From NCBI GenBank assembly GCA_964597415.1, contig CAZQYO010000001.1:1-53911 (forward strand): a DNA stretch of 53,911 nucleotides, written 5' to 3'. Below are positions 44,659-53,911 of this stretch, in pieces. The notes beneath the pieces were generated by a model, which ran no database searches, was not told the origin of the DNA, and saw only the letters and a program-made list of their open reading frames with translations. Numbering within the stretch: the stretch's first letter is position 1; each line of letters opens with the position of its first letter. Both the position numbers and the translations under genes were made by a program. This DNA is from an uncultured Chitinophaga sp. (GTDB lineage: Bacteria; Bacteroidota; Bacteroidia; Chitinophagales; LD1).

Positions 44659-45348
44659 ATGATGGCTAAAGCCAAAATGTTCAAGATTAACTCTGTAGCC
44701 ACATTTTCCAATGTGTTTCAGAATCCGCATTATACCCAACCCACATTGGTAAATAGTGCCGGTGAAGAAATGAATTTGAAAGGAATGTGGAACGAAAAGG
44801 TATTCGGCAACTCCCATCCGCTCACGCTGGAGCTGGGCTGCGGCAAAGGCGATTATACCGTAGCTCTGGCGACCAAATATTCCGGAAGAAATTTTGTGGG
44901 GATAGATGTAAAAGGTGCGCGGCTGTTTACAGGTGCTAAAAGGGCTTTGGAGGGACAACAGAGCAATGTGGCTTTTGGACGAATGCGCATTGAAAACATC
45001 ACTAATTTTTTTGCTCCCGGTGAAGTGGAGGAGATTTGGATCACCTTTCCCGATCCTTTTCCGCGCAAAGCCACTGCGAAAAGAAGACTCACCGCTCCGA
45101 GTTTTCTGCAACGCTACCGGCTCATTTGCAAACCCGGGGCAATGGTTCATTTTAAAACCGATGATTTACCCTTGTTTCATTATACCCGCGATGTAGTGCA
45201 GGAAGCAGCACTCCCTCTTGTTTATTATAAAGAAGATATTTACGCGGCTCCGCTCGAATTTGAAGAGCTTGCCATACAGACCTATTACGAGAAATCACAC
45301 CTCGCCAATGGTCGCAAAATCAACTATCTAAAGTTTAGCTTGCCATGA
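44659..45348 (+). CDS. trmB: tRNA (guanine46-N7)-methyltransferase
   Basis: It has the SAM motif LELGCGKGDY, plus FPDPFPRK and FKTDD blocks. I prefer the ATG at 44659 because the TTG at 44623 lies inside the putative -7 box. Confidence 0.85.
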   Translation: MMAKAKMFKINSVATFSNVFQNPHYTQPTLVNSAGEEMNLKGMWNEKVFGNSHPLTLELGCGKGDYTVALATKYSGRNFVGIDVKGARLFTGAKRALEGQQSNVAFGRMRIENITNFFAPGEVEEIWITFPDPFPRKATAKRRLTAPSFLQRYRLICKPGAMVHFKTDDLPLFHYTRDVVQEAALPLVYYKEDIYAAPLEFEELAIQTYYEKSHLANGRKINYLKFSLP

Positions 45349-45710
45349 AGCAAGGCAAAAAGGAATGGAGCCGCGAAGAACGGACGTACTCATTTTTTGA
45401 GAACGTGTGGGCGGTAACGCGCTTAATTCCGAAAGGACGGGTAACGAGTTTTGGTGCCATTGCCAATTATTTGGGAGCGGCAAAATCAGCTCGTACCGTT
45501 GGCTATGCCTTGAGTGCCTGTCAAGGGCAAAAACCAAAAGTGCCGGCTCATCGGGTGCTCAACCGCAATGGCATGTTATCGGGGAAACATCATTTTGGTG
45601 CTTCTAACGTGATGCAAATGTTACTCGAAAAAGAGGGCATACGAGTTGAAAAAGACACCGTAGTTGATTTCGAGAAATTGTTTTGGGATCCGGTGAAAGA
45701 GTTAGCTTAG
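45345..45710 (+). CDS. MGMT-family DNA-binding protein lacking the acceptor cysteine (alkyltransferase-like, ATL)
   Basis: 121 aa. The canonical PCHR active site reads PAHRV here. The rest of the winged-helix DNA-binding domain is conserved (VTSFGAIANYLG...). Its start overlaps the trmB stop (ATGA). Confidence 0.8.
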   Translation: MKQGKKEWSREERTYSFFENVWAVTRLIPKGRVTSFGAIANYLGAAKSARTVGYALSACQGQKPKVPAHRVLNRNGMLSGKHHFGASNVMQMLLEKEGIRVEKDTVVDFEKLFWDPVKELA

Positions 45711-45751
45711 AACCGATGGCGGAAAATGCCGGAGGTTCCCTATCTGCCCGC

Positions 45752-46534
45752 TTACTTTCCCTTAAACTCGGGCTGGCGCTTTTCTATAAAGGCCGTCACT
45801 CCTTCTTTATAGTCGGCACTTCTGCCCGCCATTTCCTGCCCGTAATATTCCTGTTGCAACATCTCGTTGAGAGAAGCGGAGTATGCCTTGTTCAACATTT
45901 TCTTAGTGATAGCATACGATTTGGTAGGCCCCACGGCATAGCGCTGCGCCAATTCATTCACTGCAAGGTCTAATTCACCGGCTGGTACTGCCTTATAAAT
46001 AATGCCGAGTTGCCGAGCTTCCTCCGCACTTACTTTAGAGGCCAGCGTAATCAGTTCAAAAGCTTTGTTGTAGCCGACCAAATGCGGAAGAAAAAAGGAG
46101 GAGCCGGAATCGGGCACTAATCCCACGTTGGCAAATACTTCAATGAGCGAAGCATTTTCGGCAGCAATAATTATGTCGCAGGCCAAAGCCAAAGAAGCTC
46201 CCGCACCCGCAGCCACTCCATTGAGGCGGCAAATGACCGGTTTGGGCATTTCCCGAATAGCGAGAATCATCGGATTGTATCTGCGCAGTACCGAGTCACC
46301 AAGACTTCTTTCGCCTATTTCGCCTTTTATATCTTTCAAGTCCTGACCGGAACAAAAAGCCTTTCCCTCCCCGCTAATGATAACCGTCCTGACGGCTTCT
46401 TCCTTCGATGCTTTTTTTAAAGCAGCAATAAATTCAGCACTCAATTCTTCATTAAACGAATTGAATACTTCAGGTCGGTTTAAAGTAATTCGGCAAATAC
46501 CGGCCTCGATAGAAAAGAGAATGGTGTTGTACAT
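45752..46534 (-). CDS. Enoyl-CoA hydratase/isomerase family protein
   Basis: 260 aa with the crotonase-fold blocks FCSGQDL, NGVAAGAGASLALACD and EGVTAFIEKR. Confidence 0.85.
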   Translation of the reverse strand: MYNTILFSIEAGICRITLNRPEVFNSFNEELSAEFIAALKKASKEEAVRTVIISGEGKAFCSGQDLKDIKGEIGERSLGDSVLRRYNPMILAIREMPKPVICRLNGVAAGAGASLALACDIIIAAENASLIEVFANVGLVPDSGSSFFLPHLVGYNKAFELITLASKVSAEEARQLGIIYKAVPAGELDLAVNELAQRYAVGPTKSYAITKKMLNKAYSASLNEMLQQEYYGQEMAGRSADYKEGVTAFIEKRQPEFKGK

Positions 46535-46537
46535 AGT

Positions 46538-47182
46538 TTATAAGAATTTGAGCAATCGGGGAATAATGGTGAAGGCTACAAATTGCCCGGTGAATCCAAT
46601 AAAATAACCGATAAAAATTTGTCGGGGAGTATGAGCGTTTAACAGCAGCCGTGCTGTTCCAATAAGTCCGGCCAGCAATATCAAAGCAATTAAGGCGGGT
46701 CGCAAATCGTACGTAGAATAATTCATCAAAGCCAGCAGTAAGCTTATTAAAGAACCGGCACCGATAGCATGCAAACTCACTTTGCTAAAAATATTAATGA
46801 AGAACCCTATAAAAATTCCCAAGCAGGCTCCCAGCATCATGTAGAATAAAAGAATGTTTGGAGGAATTTTCATGGTTACACTTGGTTTAAACATCCAGGT
46901 AGCCCATAAATAAAAGGTAGCGGTAGCGATAAATGGAATAATGCGATCGTTGGCATTTTCTAACTCAAAACTGTCAATCATTTCTAATCGTTTCATCATG
47001 AAAATCCAGATAAGAGGAAACAAAAACGTGAGCGCAAATACAATAAACAGCCAAACTATATGCACCTTTTGCCCTAAATATCCGAACAAGTTGGGATTCA
47101 CAACAAGCAACAATACGGTGCCCAGTGTAGGAAAGAGTAAAGGATGAAAAAGCAGGGAAATTGCTTTGGAAATTTTTTTCAT
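46538..47182 (-). CDS. PAP2-like integral membrane protein
   Basis: 214 aa with about 6 TM segments. It has degenerate PAP2-like motifs (SLHAIGAG; ARLLLNAHTPRQ). Confidence 0.5.
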   Translation of the reverse strand: MKKISKAISLLFHPLLFPTLGTVLLLVVNPNLFGYLGQKVHIVWLFIVFALTFLFPLIWIFMMKRLEMIDSFELENANDRIIPFIATATFYLWATWMFKPSVTMKIPPNILLFYMMLGACLGIFIGFFINIFSKVSLHAIGAGSLISLLLALMNYSTYDLRPALIALILLAGLIGTARLLLNAHTPRQIFIGYFIGFTGQFVAFTIIPRLLKFL

Positions 47183-47192
47183 GGCAGATAGG

Positions 47193-48698
47193 TTACAACT
47201 CTTTTCGCAGCCTTGCCACCGGTATGTTTAGCATTTCGCGGTATTTGGCTACGGTTCGTCTCGCAATATTATACCCTTTCTGATTCAAAATTTCGGTTAG
47301 TTTTTGGTCGCTGATCGGTTTGTTCTTGTCCTCTCCCATTATCAGGTCGCTCAAAATCTTCTTCACCTCGCGGGTAGAGACCTCCTCACCACTTTCGGTA
47401 GATAGCGATTCACTGAAAAAGAATTTCAGCGAAATGGTTCCAAACTCCGTTTGTAAATATTTGCTGTTGGCCACTCGGGAAACGGTGGAAATATCTAAGC
47501 CGGTACGGTCGGCAATATCTTTAAGAATCATGGGGCGCATACGGGTTTCATCACCGGTAAGCAAGTATTCCTTCTGATACTCCATAATGGCCTGCATCGT
47601 CATCAACATGGTTTGATAGCGGCTTTGAATAGCATCAATAAACCACTTAGCTGAATCTAATTTTTGCTTAATAAACAGGATGGCCTCTTTTTGTGATTTA
47701 CTTTTCTCCTTCGATTTTCGGTAGTCGCTAATCATTTCGCGAAAGTGATTGTTTACTCTCAGTTCGGGAGCATTGACCGAGTTGAGAGAAAGGTGCAAGT
47801 CGCCTGAATTATTGGTCAGAATAAAATCGGGAACTATCACAAATTGCTCTCCGCCCCCTCCCGAAAAAGAGCTGCCTGGTCTGGGATTAAGTTTGGTAAT
47901 TTCATCTATTGCAGCCTTGAGTGTATCCGAATCAACTCCTAATTGCCGCTCTAATTTCTCATAGTGTTTTTTGGCAAACACATCAAAGTACTTCTCTATG
48001 ATTCTTATCGCCAAATCGGTATAAGAAGTAGGGTCTTCTTTGCGCCTTAATTGAATGAGTAAACATTCTTCTAAAGAACGAGCCGCCACTCCCGGAGGGT
48101 CAAACTTTTGCACTTCTTCCAGTATCTGCTTCAGTTCCGTTTCATCGGTAGAGATATTCTGTCGAAAAACTAAGTCATCTACAATGGCATCTAACTCTCT
48201 GCGCAAATAACCATCATCATCCAAACTGCCGATAATGTGCATCGCAATTTGTTTTTGGTTGTCCTCCAATCGAAGCAAACCCACTTGCGACTCTAAATAT
48301 TCATGAAAGGTAGAGATGGTCGCTACAGGGATGGTTTTCTTATCATCATCCGGATCGTGATATTCACTCGGATCCTTCGTTTTATACTCGGCTACTCCTT
48401 CGTCATCTTCATCGTAGTATTCACTTAGATCAACATCATCTTCCGGATTGATGTCCTCATTTTCTCCCTCTGTATCCTGTTCCCCTTCCGCTACTTCCGG
48501 ACTATCATTCAGTATTATTTCCTCTGCTTCCGCTTCGTCCCCTTCTCCTGCGCCTTCTTCTAAGGCAGGGTTTGCTTCCAGTTCTTCCTTTATGCGTTGT
48601 TCCAAATTGGCAGTGGGGACTTGCAACAGTTTCATCAGTTGAATCTGTTGGGGTGATAATTTCTGTAATAGCTTTTGTTGTAATCTCTGTTTCAGCAT
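47193..48698 (-). CDS. rpoN: RNA polymerase sigma-54 factor
   Basis: 501 aa with an N-terminal Gln/Leu-rich region, an acidic linker, and the C-terminal RpoN box ARRTVAKYR. Confidence 0.9.
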   Translation of the reverse strand: MLKQRLQQKLLQKLSPQQIQLMKLLQVPTANLEQRIKEELEANPALEEGAGEGDEAEAEEIILNDSPEVAEGEQDTEGENEDINPEDDVDLSEYYDEDDEGVAEYKTKDPSEYHDPDDDKKTIPVATISTFHEYLESQVGLLRLEDNQKQIAMHIIGSLDDDGYLRRELDAIVDDLVFRQNISTDETELKQILEEVQKFDPPGVAARSLEECLLIQLRRKEDPTSYTDLAIRIIEKYFDVFAKKHYEKLERQLGVDSDTLKAAIDEITKLNPRPGSSFSGGGGEQFVIVPDFILTNNSGDLHLSLNSVNAPELRVNNHFREMISDYRKSKEKSKSQKEAILFIKQKLDSAKWFIDAIQSRYQTMLMTMQAIMEYQKEYLLTGDETRMRPMILKDIADRTGLDISTVSRVANSKYLQTEFGTISLKFFFSESLSTESGEEVSTREVKKILSDLIMGEDKNKPISDQKLTEILNQKGYNIARRTVAKYREMLNIPVARLRKEL

Positions 48699-48835
48699 TC
48701 TTAGTTCTCCTTTCTCCTTCCCCGTAATGAGGGGTGAAGGAGTTTATCATTCCCGACAAAAATTCAAAAAACTACCGACATCTGAGCCATTTTAGAAGAA
48801 CAAACGCTTTCCTATATTCGCAGTCCTCAAAAATC

Positions 48836-50359
48836 ATGGTCATGGTTTATATAAAAGACTTATCGGCATACGAAGGAAAAGAAGTACAACTGCAAGGTTG
48901 GAATGCGCAAAAGCGCGACAGCAAAGGATTGGTATTTATGACCTTCCGCGATGGCACCGGCTTTTGCCAAGCAGTGATAGCACTCGAAATAGTAGGGGAG
49001 AAAGCTTTTGAAGCGGCCAAACACTTGCCACAGGAAAGCTCGCTGGCGATTGCCGGTAAAGTGCTGAGAGATGAAAGACAAATAGGAGGTTTTGAAATTC
49101 AAGTTCAATCCTTACAGGTAATTGCCGAAGCAGAGGATTATCCGATCACCCCAAAGGAACACGGAGTTGACTTTTTAATGGACAAGCGCCATTTATGGCT
49201 TCGCTCCCGCAGGCAGTGGGCTATTATGCGGGTGCGTAACGAAATCATTTATTCTATTCACCGCTTTTTTCAGGGACAAGGTTTTGTGCAGATGGATGCC
49301 CCCATCTTTACCGGCAATGCCTGTGAAGGTACCACTACTTTGTTTGAAACAGACTACTATGGAGAGCCGGCCTATCTGTCGCAATCGGGTCAGCTATATG
49401 GCGAGGCAATGGCGATGGCGCAAGGTCTTATTTATACGTTTGGACCTACCTTTCGTGCCGAGAAATCAAAAACGCGCAGACACCTTTCAGAATTTTGGAT
49501 GATAGAACCTGAAATGGCCTTCTATGATTTGAAGATGGACATGGATTTAATGGAACAGTTTATACAGTACGTAGTAGGGAGTGTGCTGGATAAATGCAAG
49601 GATGAACTGAAAGTATTAGAGCGCGATATGACGTATCTCGATAAAGTACGCGAACCATTTATTCGGATGAAGTACGAAGATGCCGTGAGTATAATTAAAG
49701 GAGAGAAAGAGGTAAACGGTAAAACTTCTCTGCACATGTTGGCCGAGGAAGATGCCTCTCTGAAAGCACAGAAAGCGCAATTAGAAGCAGAGATAAAGGA
49801 AAGAGAAGAAAAAATTACAGGAGGCACTTTAAAGAAAGGGGAAATCAACTTTAATCAGAATAAGATAGATAGACTGAAAAATGAAATAAAAGAGCTGGAC
49901 GAAAAACTGGCTAATATTCCGCAATGGTTAAACAGCGCTAAAAACTTTAAGCGCGGAGATGATTTTGGAGGAAGCGATGAAACAGTTCTTACCAAAATGT
50001 TTGGACAACCGGTGATGGTGTATAATTGGCCGCAGGAAGTAAAGGCCTTCTATATGAAAGAAGATGAAACCGACAAAGGCTATGCCAAGGGAGTGGATTT
50101 ATTGGCTCCTGAAGGATACGGTGAAGTAGTGGGCGGAGGCGAGCGGGAAACCGATATTGAGCGGCTAAAAAGAAAAATAGAAGAACATCAACTCCCGATG
50201 AGTGCCTTTGAATGGTATTTAGATTTGCGCAAGTTCGGCAATGTGCCTCATGCCGGCTTCGGCTTAGGTCTTGAAAGATTAGTAGCGTGGATCTGCGGCT
50301 TGCAACACATTCGCGAAACTATCCCTTTCCCAAGAAGTTACGGAAGACTATTGCCATAG
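48836..50359 (+). CDS. asnS: Asparagine--tRNA ligase (with an internal coiled-coil-like insertion)
   Basis: It has an OB-fold N-domain and class II motifs FRAEKSKTRRHLSEFWMIEPE and GFGLGLERL. I prefer the ATG at 48836 (or 48842) over the ORF-track start at 48734. Confidence 0.9.
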   Translation: MVMVYIKDLSAYEGKEVQLQGWNAQKRDSKGLVFMTFRDGTGFCQAVIALEIVGEKAFEAAKHLPQESSLAIAGKVLRDERQIGGFEIQVQSLQVIAEAEDYPITPKEHGVDFLMDKRHLWLRSRRQWAIMRVRNEIIYSIHRFFQGQGFVQMDAPIFTGNACEGTTTLFETDYYGEPAYLSQSGQLYGEAMAMAQGLIYTFGPTFRAEKSKTRRHLSEFWMIEPEMAFYDLKMDMDLMEQFIQYVVGSVLDKCKDELKVLERDMTYLDKVREPFIRMKYEDAVSIIKGEKEVNGKTSLHMLAEEDASLKAQKAQLEAEIKEREEKITGGTLKKGEINFNQNKIDRLKNEIKELDEKLANIPQWLNSAKNFKRGDDFGGSDETVLTKMFGQPVMVYNWPQEVKAFYMKEDETDKGYAKGVDLLAPEGYGEVVGGGERETDIERLKRKIEEHQLPMSAFEWYLDLRKFGNVPHAGFGLGLERLVAWICGLQHIRETIPFPRSYGRLLP

Positions 50360-50483
50360 CCCACTGTTTGACCTCATTGGGGTTCCATCGCTAATTTTGC
50401 ATTTACGGCACGCGGAAGGAATTAAGCATTTCTTTGCATTTTCATTTTCAAATTCTCACATTCGCTCATTCTCTTATTGATTT

Positions 50484-52055
50484 ATGGATTTCATCAAGCG
50501 CACCTTCCCTATTCTATTTGGCATTTTTTTGTTGAGTGTGGTAGTGCGCCTGCCTCAACTCAATCGTCCGCTTTCGCGGCATCATGAGTTCTGTACTGCT
50601 ATTTCTCTGCGCATTATGCAGATATGGTACGACAACGGAATAGCGAAATACAATTACAACCCGGTAATGACTTACAACCGTCCGGCAGATAAGTTCATTA
50701 ATAACTACGCGAATCAATCGGGCAAAATGATAGATAAGGAAGGAAACTATTATTACGTTTCCCATCCGCCTTTTGCCTATTACGCTCCTTTTGCGGTTTT
50801 CAAACTCCTTCACATTCGACCCGATGTGTTGCCCTTACAACTGTTCAATCTGCTGTTGCATTTTATCAGTGCCCTATTTGTGTATTTTACAGTTTGCCTG
50901 CTCAGCTTCAACCGAGCGCGCAGTCTTCCATACCGATCGGCATTGGTAGCTTATGCTATTTATCTGTTTATGCCTGTTACTCTTTGGTTTCAAGGCAATG
51001 TTTACATGAGCGACATGGCGGTGCATACCTTGTTTATTATTGGCGTTTATACGGCACTAAAAATGATTATCCGGCAAAAATTCTATACGCCCAAATATAT
51101 TTTATTCTATTCGCTGGTGCTCGCCCTCATGATATATACTTCGTGGCTGGGTCTGTTCTTCGCCTTTAGCGTATTTATTTATTCACTACTGCATGTGCAC
51201 CGCAATCGAGGCTTCAAAGTGTTGCTCTGGTTTACCACTATCATCTCTTTAATAATGTTGCGAATCATTATCTATCAGTATTCGCAAATTAACGGTCCAA
51301 TTGCTTACTTTGAAGAAATGTTTAGCCGCTATCTGGTACGCGGCAGTTTGGCCGAGACAAATCACGGTCTTTTCCATTTTATGTTTGATTACCTCTGGTT
51401 AGTCAAAACGCTCGTATATAACTATGTTGTCAGTTATGTTGTCATCTATGTAGCACTGTTGCTGTTTTTTGTTTTAGCCATGAGTCGTAAAAAGATGAAA
51501 ATTGTTTTCAGCGAAAATGGATATCGCTTTATATGGTTAAGTGTAACTCCCATTCTTCTGCTACATGTTTTTTTACTGAATTATTCCGAACACGACTTTA
51601 CCGCTCTCTACGCTTCACTGTTCTTCAGCGTACTACTCGGAATTTTATATGATAAAGTGAAGAAGAGTGGAACCGTTCCACTTCAGAAAATGCGGCTCGG
51701 ATTGTTAGCGATGCTTCTATTATTAGTCGTGCAGTATGAGTTGATAAACCGCAACGTCAATATTGCACACGAGCAGCAGATAGGCGCAGAAGTAATTGCA
51801 AAGAACTCTTCTGAAACGCAAGTGATATTTTGGAATAACAACGAAACGTTAAGTCCGCAAATGGTTTTTTATGCGCAACGAAATATTCGGTTTGCCGCCA
51901 ATGTAAAAGAAGCACAGGATTTTCTTAAAAAGACACAAAGAACCGAAGGAGTTTTTTTTGCAGAATCGGAACAAGGAATCAGCAGGAGGCAGATTTTACT
52001 CGATACAGTAATGCCGCCTGTTTTTATCAATAATAGATTGGGGAACGTTTTTTAA
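50484..52055 (+). CDS. Polytopic membrane protein, GT-C-like (ArnT/PMT-like glycosyltransferase candidate)
   Basis: 523 aa with more than 10 hydrophobic segments. It has an N-terminal TM followed by a loop containing the acidic/aromatic pattern HHEF...YYYVSHPPF. The family assignment is tentative. Confidence 0.45.
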   Translation: MDFIKRTFPILFGIFLLSVVVRLPQLNRPLSRHHEFCTAISLRIMQIWYDNGIAKYNYNPVMTYNRPADKFINNYANQSGKMIDKEGNYYYVSHPPFAYYAPFAVFKLLHIRPDVLPLQLFNLLLHFISALFVYFTVCLLSFNRARSLPYRSALVAYAIYLFMPVTLWFQGNVYMSDMAVHTLFIIGVYTALKMIIRQKFYTPKYILFYSLVLALMIYTSWLGLFFAFSVFIYSLLHVHRNRGFKVLLWFTTIISLIMLRIIIYQYSQINGPIAYFEEMFSRYLVRGSLAETNHGLFHFMFDYLWLVKTLVYNYVVSYVVIYVALLLFFVLAMSRKKMKIVFSENGYRFIWLSVTPILLLHVFLLNYSEHDFTALYASLFFSVLLGILYDKVKKSGTVPLQKMRLGLLAMLLLLVVQYELINRNVNIAHEQQIGAEVIAKNSSETQVIFWNNNETLSPQMVFYAQRNIRFAANVKEAQDFLKKTQRTEGVFFAESEQGISRRQILLDTVMPPVFINNRLGNVF

Positions 52056-52064
52056 ATTTTAATT

Positions 52065-53015
52065 ATGTCGCGACATTCTATTCCTATTGTTGACCTTTCT
52101 GATTTTTTAGAAGGCGGGGAGAAGAAACAGAAGTTTGTTCATGAGTTAGGAGTTGCGTTTGAAGATATTGGGTTTGTATCTGTTCGGAATCACGGAGTGC
52201 CTCAGGAATTGATAGATACTTACTATGCTGCCATACAGCAATTTTTTGCATTACCCAAAGAAATAAAAAAGAAATATGAAGTGCCGGGGTTGGCCGGGCA
52301 GCGCGGCTATACTTCTTTTGGAAAAGAAACTGCGAAGGGTTACCAAACTCCCGATTTGAAAGAGTTTTGGCAAATGGGACAGATAATTGAAGGGGAAGAT
52401 TTACCCAAAGAGCACTATCCGAATAACATCATCGTAGAGGAAATTCCTGCTTTTAATCGTTTAAGCATAGAATTATTTAAAGCGTTTGAAACTTCAGCAC
52501 GCGAGTTGTTAAGAGCTATCGCCATCCGTTTGGGAATAGGTGAGTTTTTTTTCGATCCCCATATTCACAATGGCAACTCTATTTTGAGAGCCATCCATTA
52601 TCCACCTATTGCCAAAGAACCGCAAAGTGCCATCCGTGCCGAACAGCACGAGGACATTAACCTGATTACCCTTTTAGTTGGTGCCAGCGCAGAGGGATTG
52701 CAATTGCTCTCTCGAAATAATGAATGGTTGGATATAACCGCACCGGAAGGCTGCTTGGTGATTAATGTGGGTGATATGTTGCAGCGCCTCACAAATAATA
52801 AGTTGAAGTCAACCACGCATAGGGTAGTCAACCCTCCGAGGGAAAAATGGCATACTTCACGCTTCTCCATTCCCTTTTTTACCCATCCCCGCAGTGAAAT
52901 GCGTTTAAATTGTTTATCTGCTTGCGTGGACGAACAACACCCCTTACAATACCCGCCCATCACAGCCGGGGAGTATTTAAACCAAAGGTTAGTAGAGATT
53001 GGCTTGAAAAAATAA
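52065..53015 (+). CDS. 2-oxoglutarate/Fe(II)-dependent oxygenase (isopenicillin N synthase family)
   Basis: 316 aa. The N-terminal IPIVDLS, the facial triad context HEDINLITLL...HRVVNP, and RFSIPFF all fit the family. Confidence 0.85.
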   Translation: MSRHSIPIVDLSDFLEGGEKKQKFVHELGVAFEDIGFVSVRNHGVPQELIDTYYAAIQQFFALPKEIKKKYEVPGLAGQRGYTSFGKETAKGYQTPDLKEFWQMGQIIEGEDLPKEHYPNNIIVEEIPAFNRLSIELFKAFETSARELLRAIAIRLGIGEFFFDPHIHNGNSILRAIHYPPIAKEPQSAIRAEQHEDINLITLLVGASAEGLQLLSRNNEWLDITAPEGCLVINVGDMLQRLTNNKLKSTTHRVVNPPREKWHTSRFSIPFFTHPRSEMRLNCLSACVDEQHPLQYPPITAGEYLNQRLVEIGLKK

Positions 53016-53018
53016 GGG

Positions 53019-53911
53019 TTACTTATTTTCTGTCTTAAAAGCGAACATCAGCACCGGCAACAATATGATGGTTCCAATAGTTACTAATTTAAGGCACTCT
53101 GTATAGTAGTTGATTTCCTTTCCTACAATTCCATCAGTAGTCAGTGTGGTCAATAAAAAAACAATTAAAAGTAAGATGAGTTCCGCTATCCGTTTAGCCC
53201 ACTTGCCATTGTGCAACAACGAATAAAAGACAAAGCCAAAAGCGGGCAGCAAGTACACAAAAGCCCATTTATTCTGTTGAGGAAAAATGAGCGGAGTAAT
53301 CAAAAGCAGGTAAGCCGTCTCTGCTACAAATTGTTTTGGGCTATTTGCATTTGTGAATGGGGGTAGGCGCAAAAAGAAAAGAGCCAATCCTATCAGCAGC
53401 AATCTGGCTCCGTTAATCATCCATTGTAAGGTGGTCGGATTTACCTCCGCAATTAATACTTGAAAATAATTCGCAGTATTCTTCGAAAAATAAGCTGCAA
53501 ACAAGGCAGATAGCCCGTGTATGCGATAGCTGTCGGCATTTTGTCCCGCATTATATTGAGGGTTAAGCGGATTAATAATACTCCACCATTCGCGATGAAG
53601 TTGAATATTCATATTCCACCCCCACATAAGTGCCGGAAGTAGAAGAAATATTCCCGACAGTAAAAGCACCGCACCGAAAGCCGCCCACTGTCTGCGATAA
53701 AGCAGATAGGGCAGAAATACGAGCGGCAATAATTTGAAATTAATGCCTAATGCTAAGAGTAAACTCCCCGATAAAATTCGGTTCCGAAAAAAAATCTGAT
53801 ATAGTCCTTCTAAAGAAAGCCACAACAATAGAATATTCAGTTGCACCATTTCTAAGTTGTGAAGTATAAAGTGGAGAGAGAATAACAACACCAACGCTAG
53901 CCACTTCCACT
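53019..53911 (-). CDS. Polytopic membrane protein, DUF2029/GT87-like (partial; N-terminus beyond the window edge)
   Basis: The frame stays open from 53894 to the window end (..WKWLALVLLFSL). The protein is multi-TM and rich in Leu and Phe. The family assignment is tentative. Confidence 0.45.
   Translation of the reverse strand, partial: WKWLALVLLFSLHFILHNLEMVQLNILLLWLSLEGLYQIFFRNRILSGSLLLALGINFKLLPLVFLPYLLYRRQWAAFGAVLLLSGIFLLLPALMWGWNMNIQLHREWWSIINPLNPQYNAGQNADSYRIHGLSALFAAYFSKNTANYFQVLIAEVNPTTLQWMINGARLLLIGLALFFLRLPPFTNANSPKQFVAETAYLLLITPLIFPQQNKWAFVYLLPAFGFVFYSLLHNGKWAKRIAELILLLIVFLLTTLTTDGIVGKEINYYTECLKLVTIGTIILLPVLMFAFKTENK

Overview
This 53.9-kb window looks like chromosomal DNA from a member of the Bacteroidota. 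Supporting signs are three proteins with T9SS-type C-terminal sorting domains, SusC-like TonB-dependent receptors with carboxypeptidase-regulatory-like N-termini, DUF3109, rpoN, and a TAnnTTTG-type promoter box. All product calls come from motif recognition by eye. No searches were run.

Most of the window is densely packed housekeeping genes:
- rraA, ppk2, corA, nadD, psd, ybeY, mnmG, idi, msrA, hpt
- PBP1A, trmB, rpoN, asnS, and one tRNA-Thr

Three regions look accessory:
1. 12.8-14.8 kb is a small island between psd and ybeY. It holds a Bacteroidota-type HTH gene, a striking array of nine perfect-register 21-bp tandem repeats with dyad symmetry, and an orphan 326-aa protein. The repeat array can also be read as a Ser/Tyr heptad-repeat micro-protein. 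The island ends in a dispersed repeat whose inverted partner lies at the left edge of the window.
2. 24.7-37.2 kb is a duplicated, SusD-less module. Each copy pairs a TonB-dependent receptor with a T9SS-secreted esterase. An orphan histidine kinase and a BASS-family symporter flank the modules, and a 737-bp gap containing a gene remnant separates them.
3. 42.3-44.6 kb holds a T9SS-sorted protein with two Kazal-like domains and a PKD domain. Next to it is a small HTH-like gene that ends in a G12 homopolymer.

The 504-bp gap at 10.85-11.35 kb contains a cluster of DnaA-box-like 9-mers followed by an A/T-rich tract.

I saw no CRISPR array, rRNA, transposase, integrase or recognisable defence genes.
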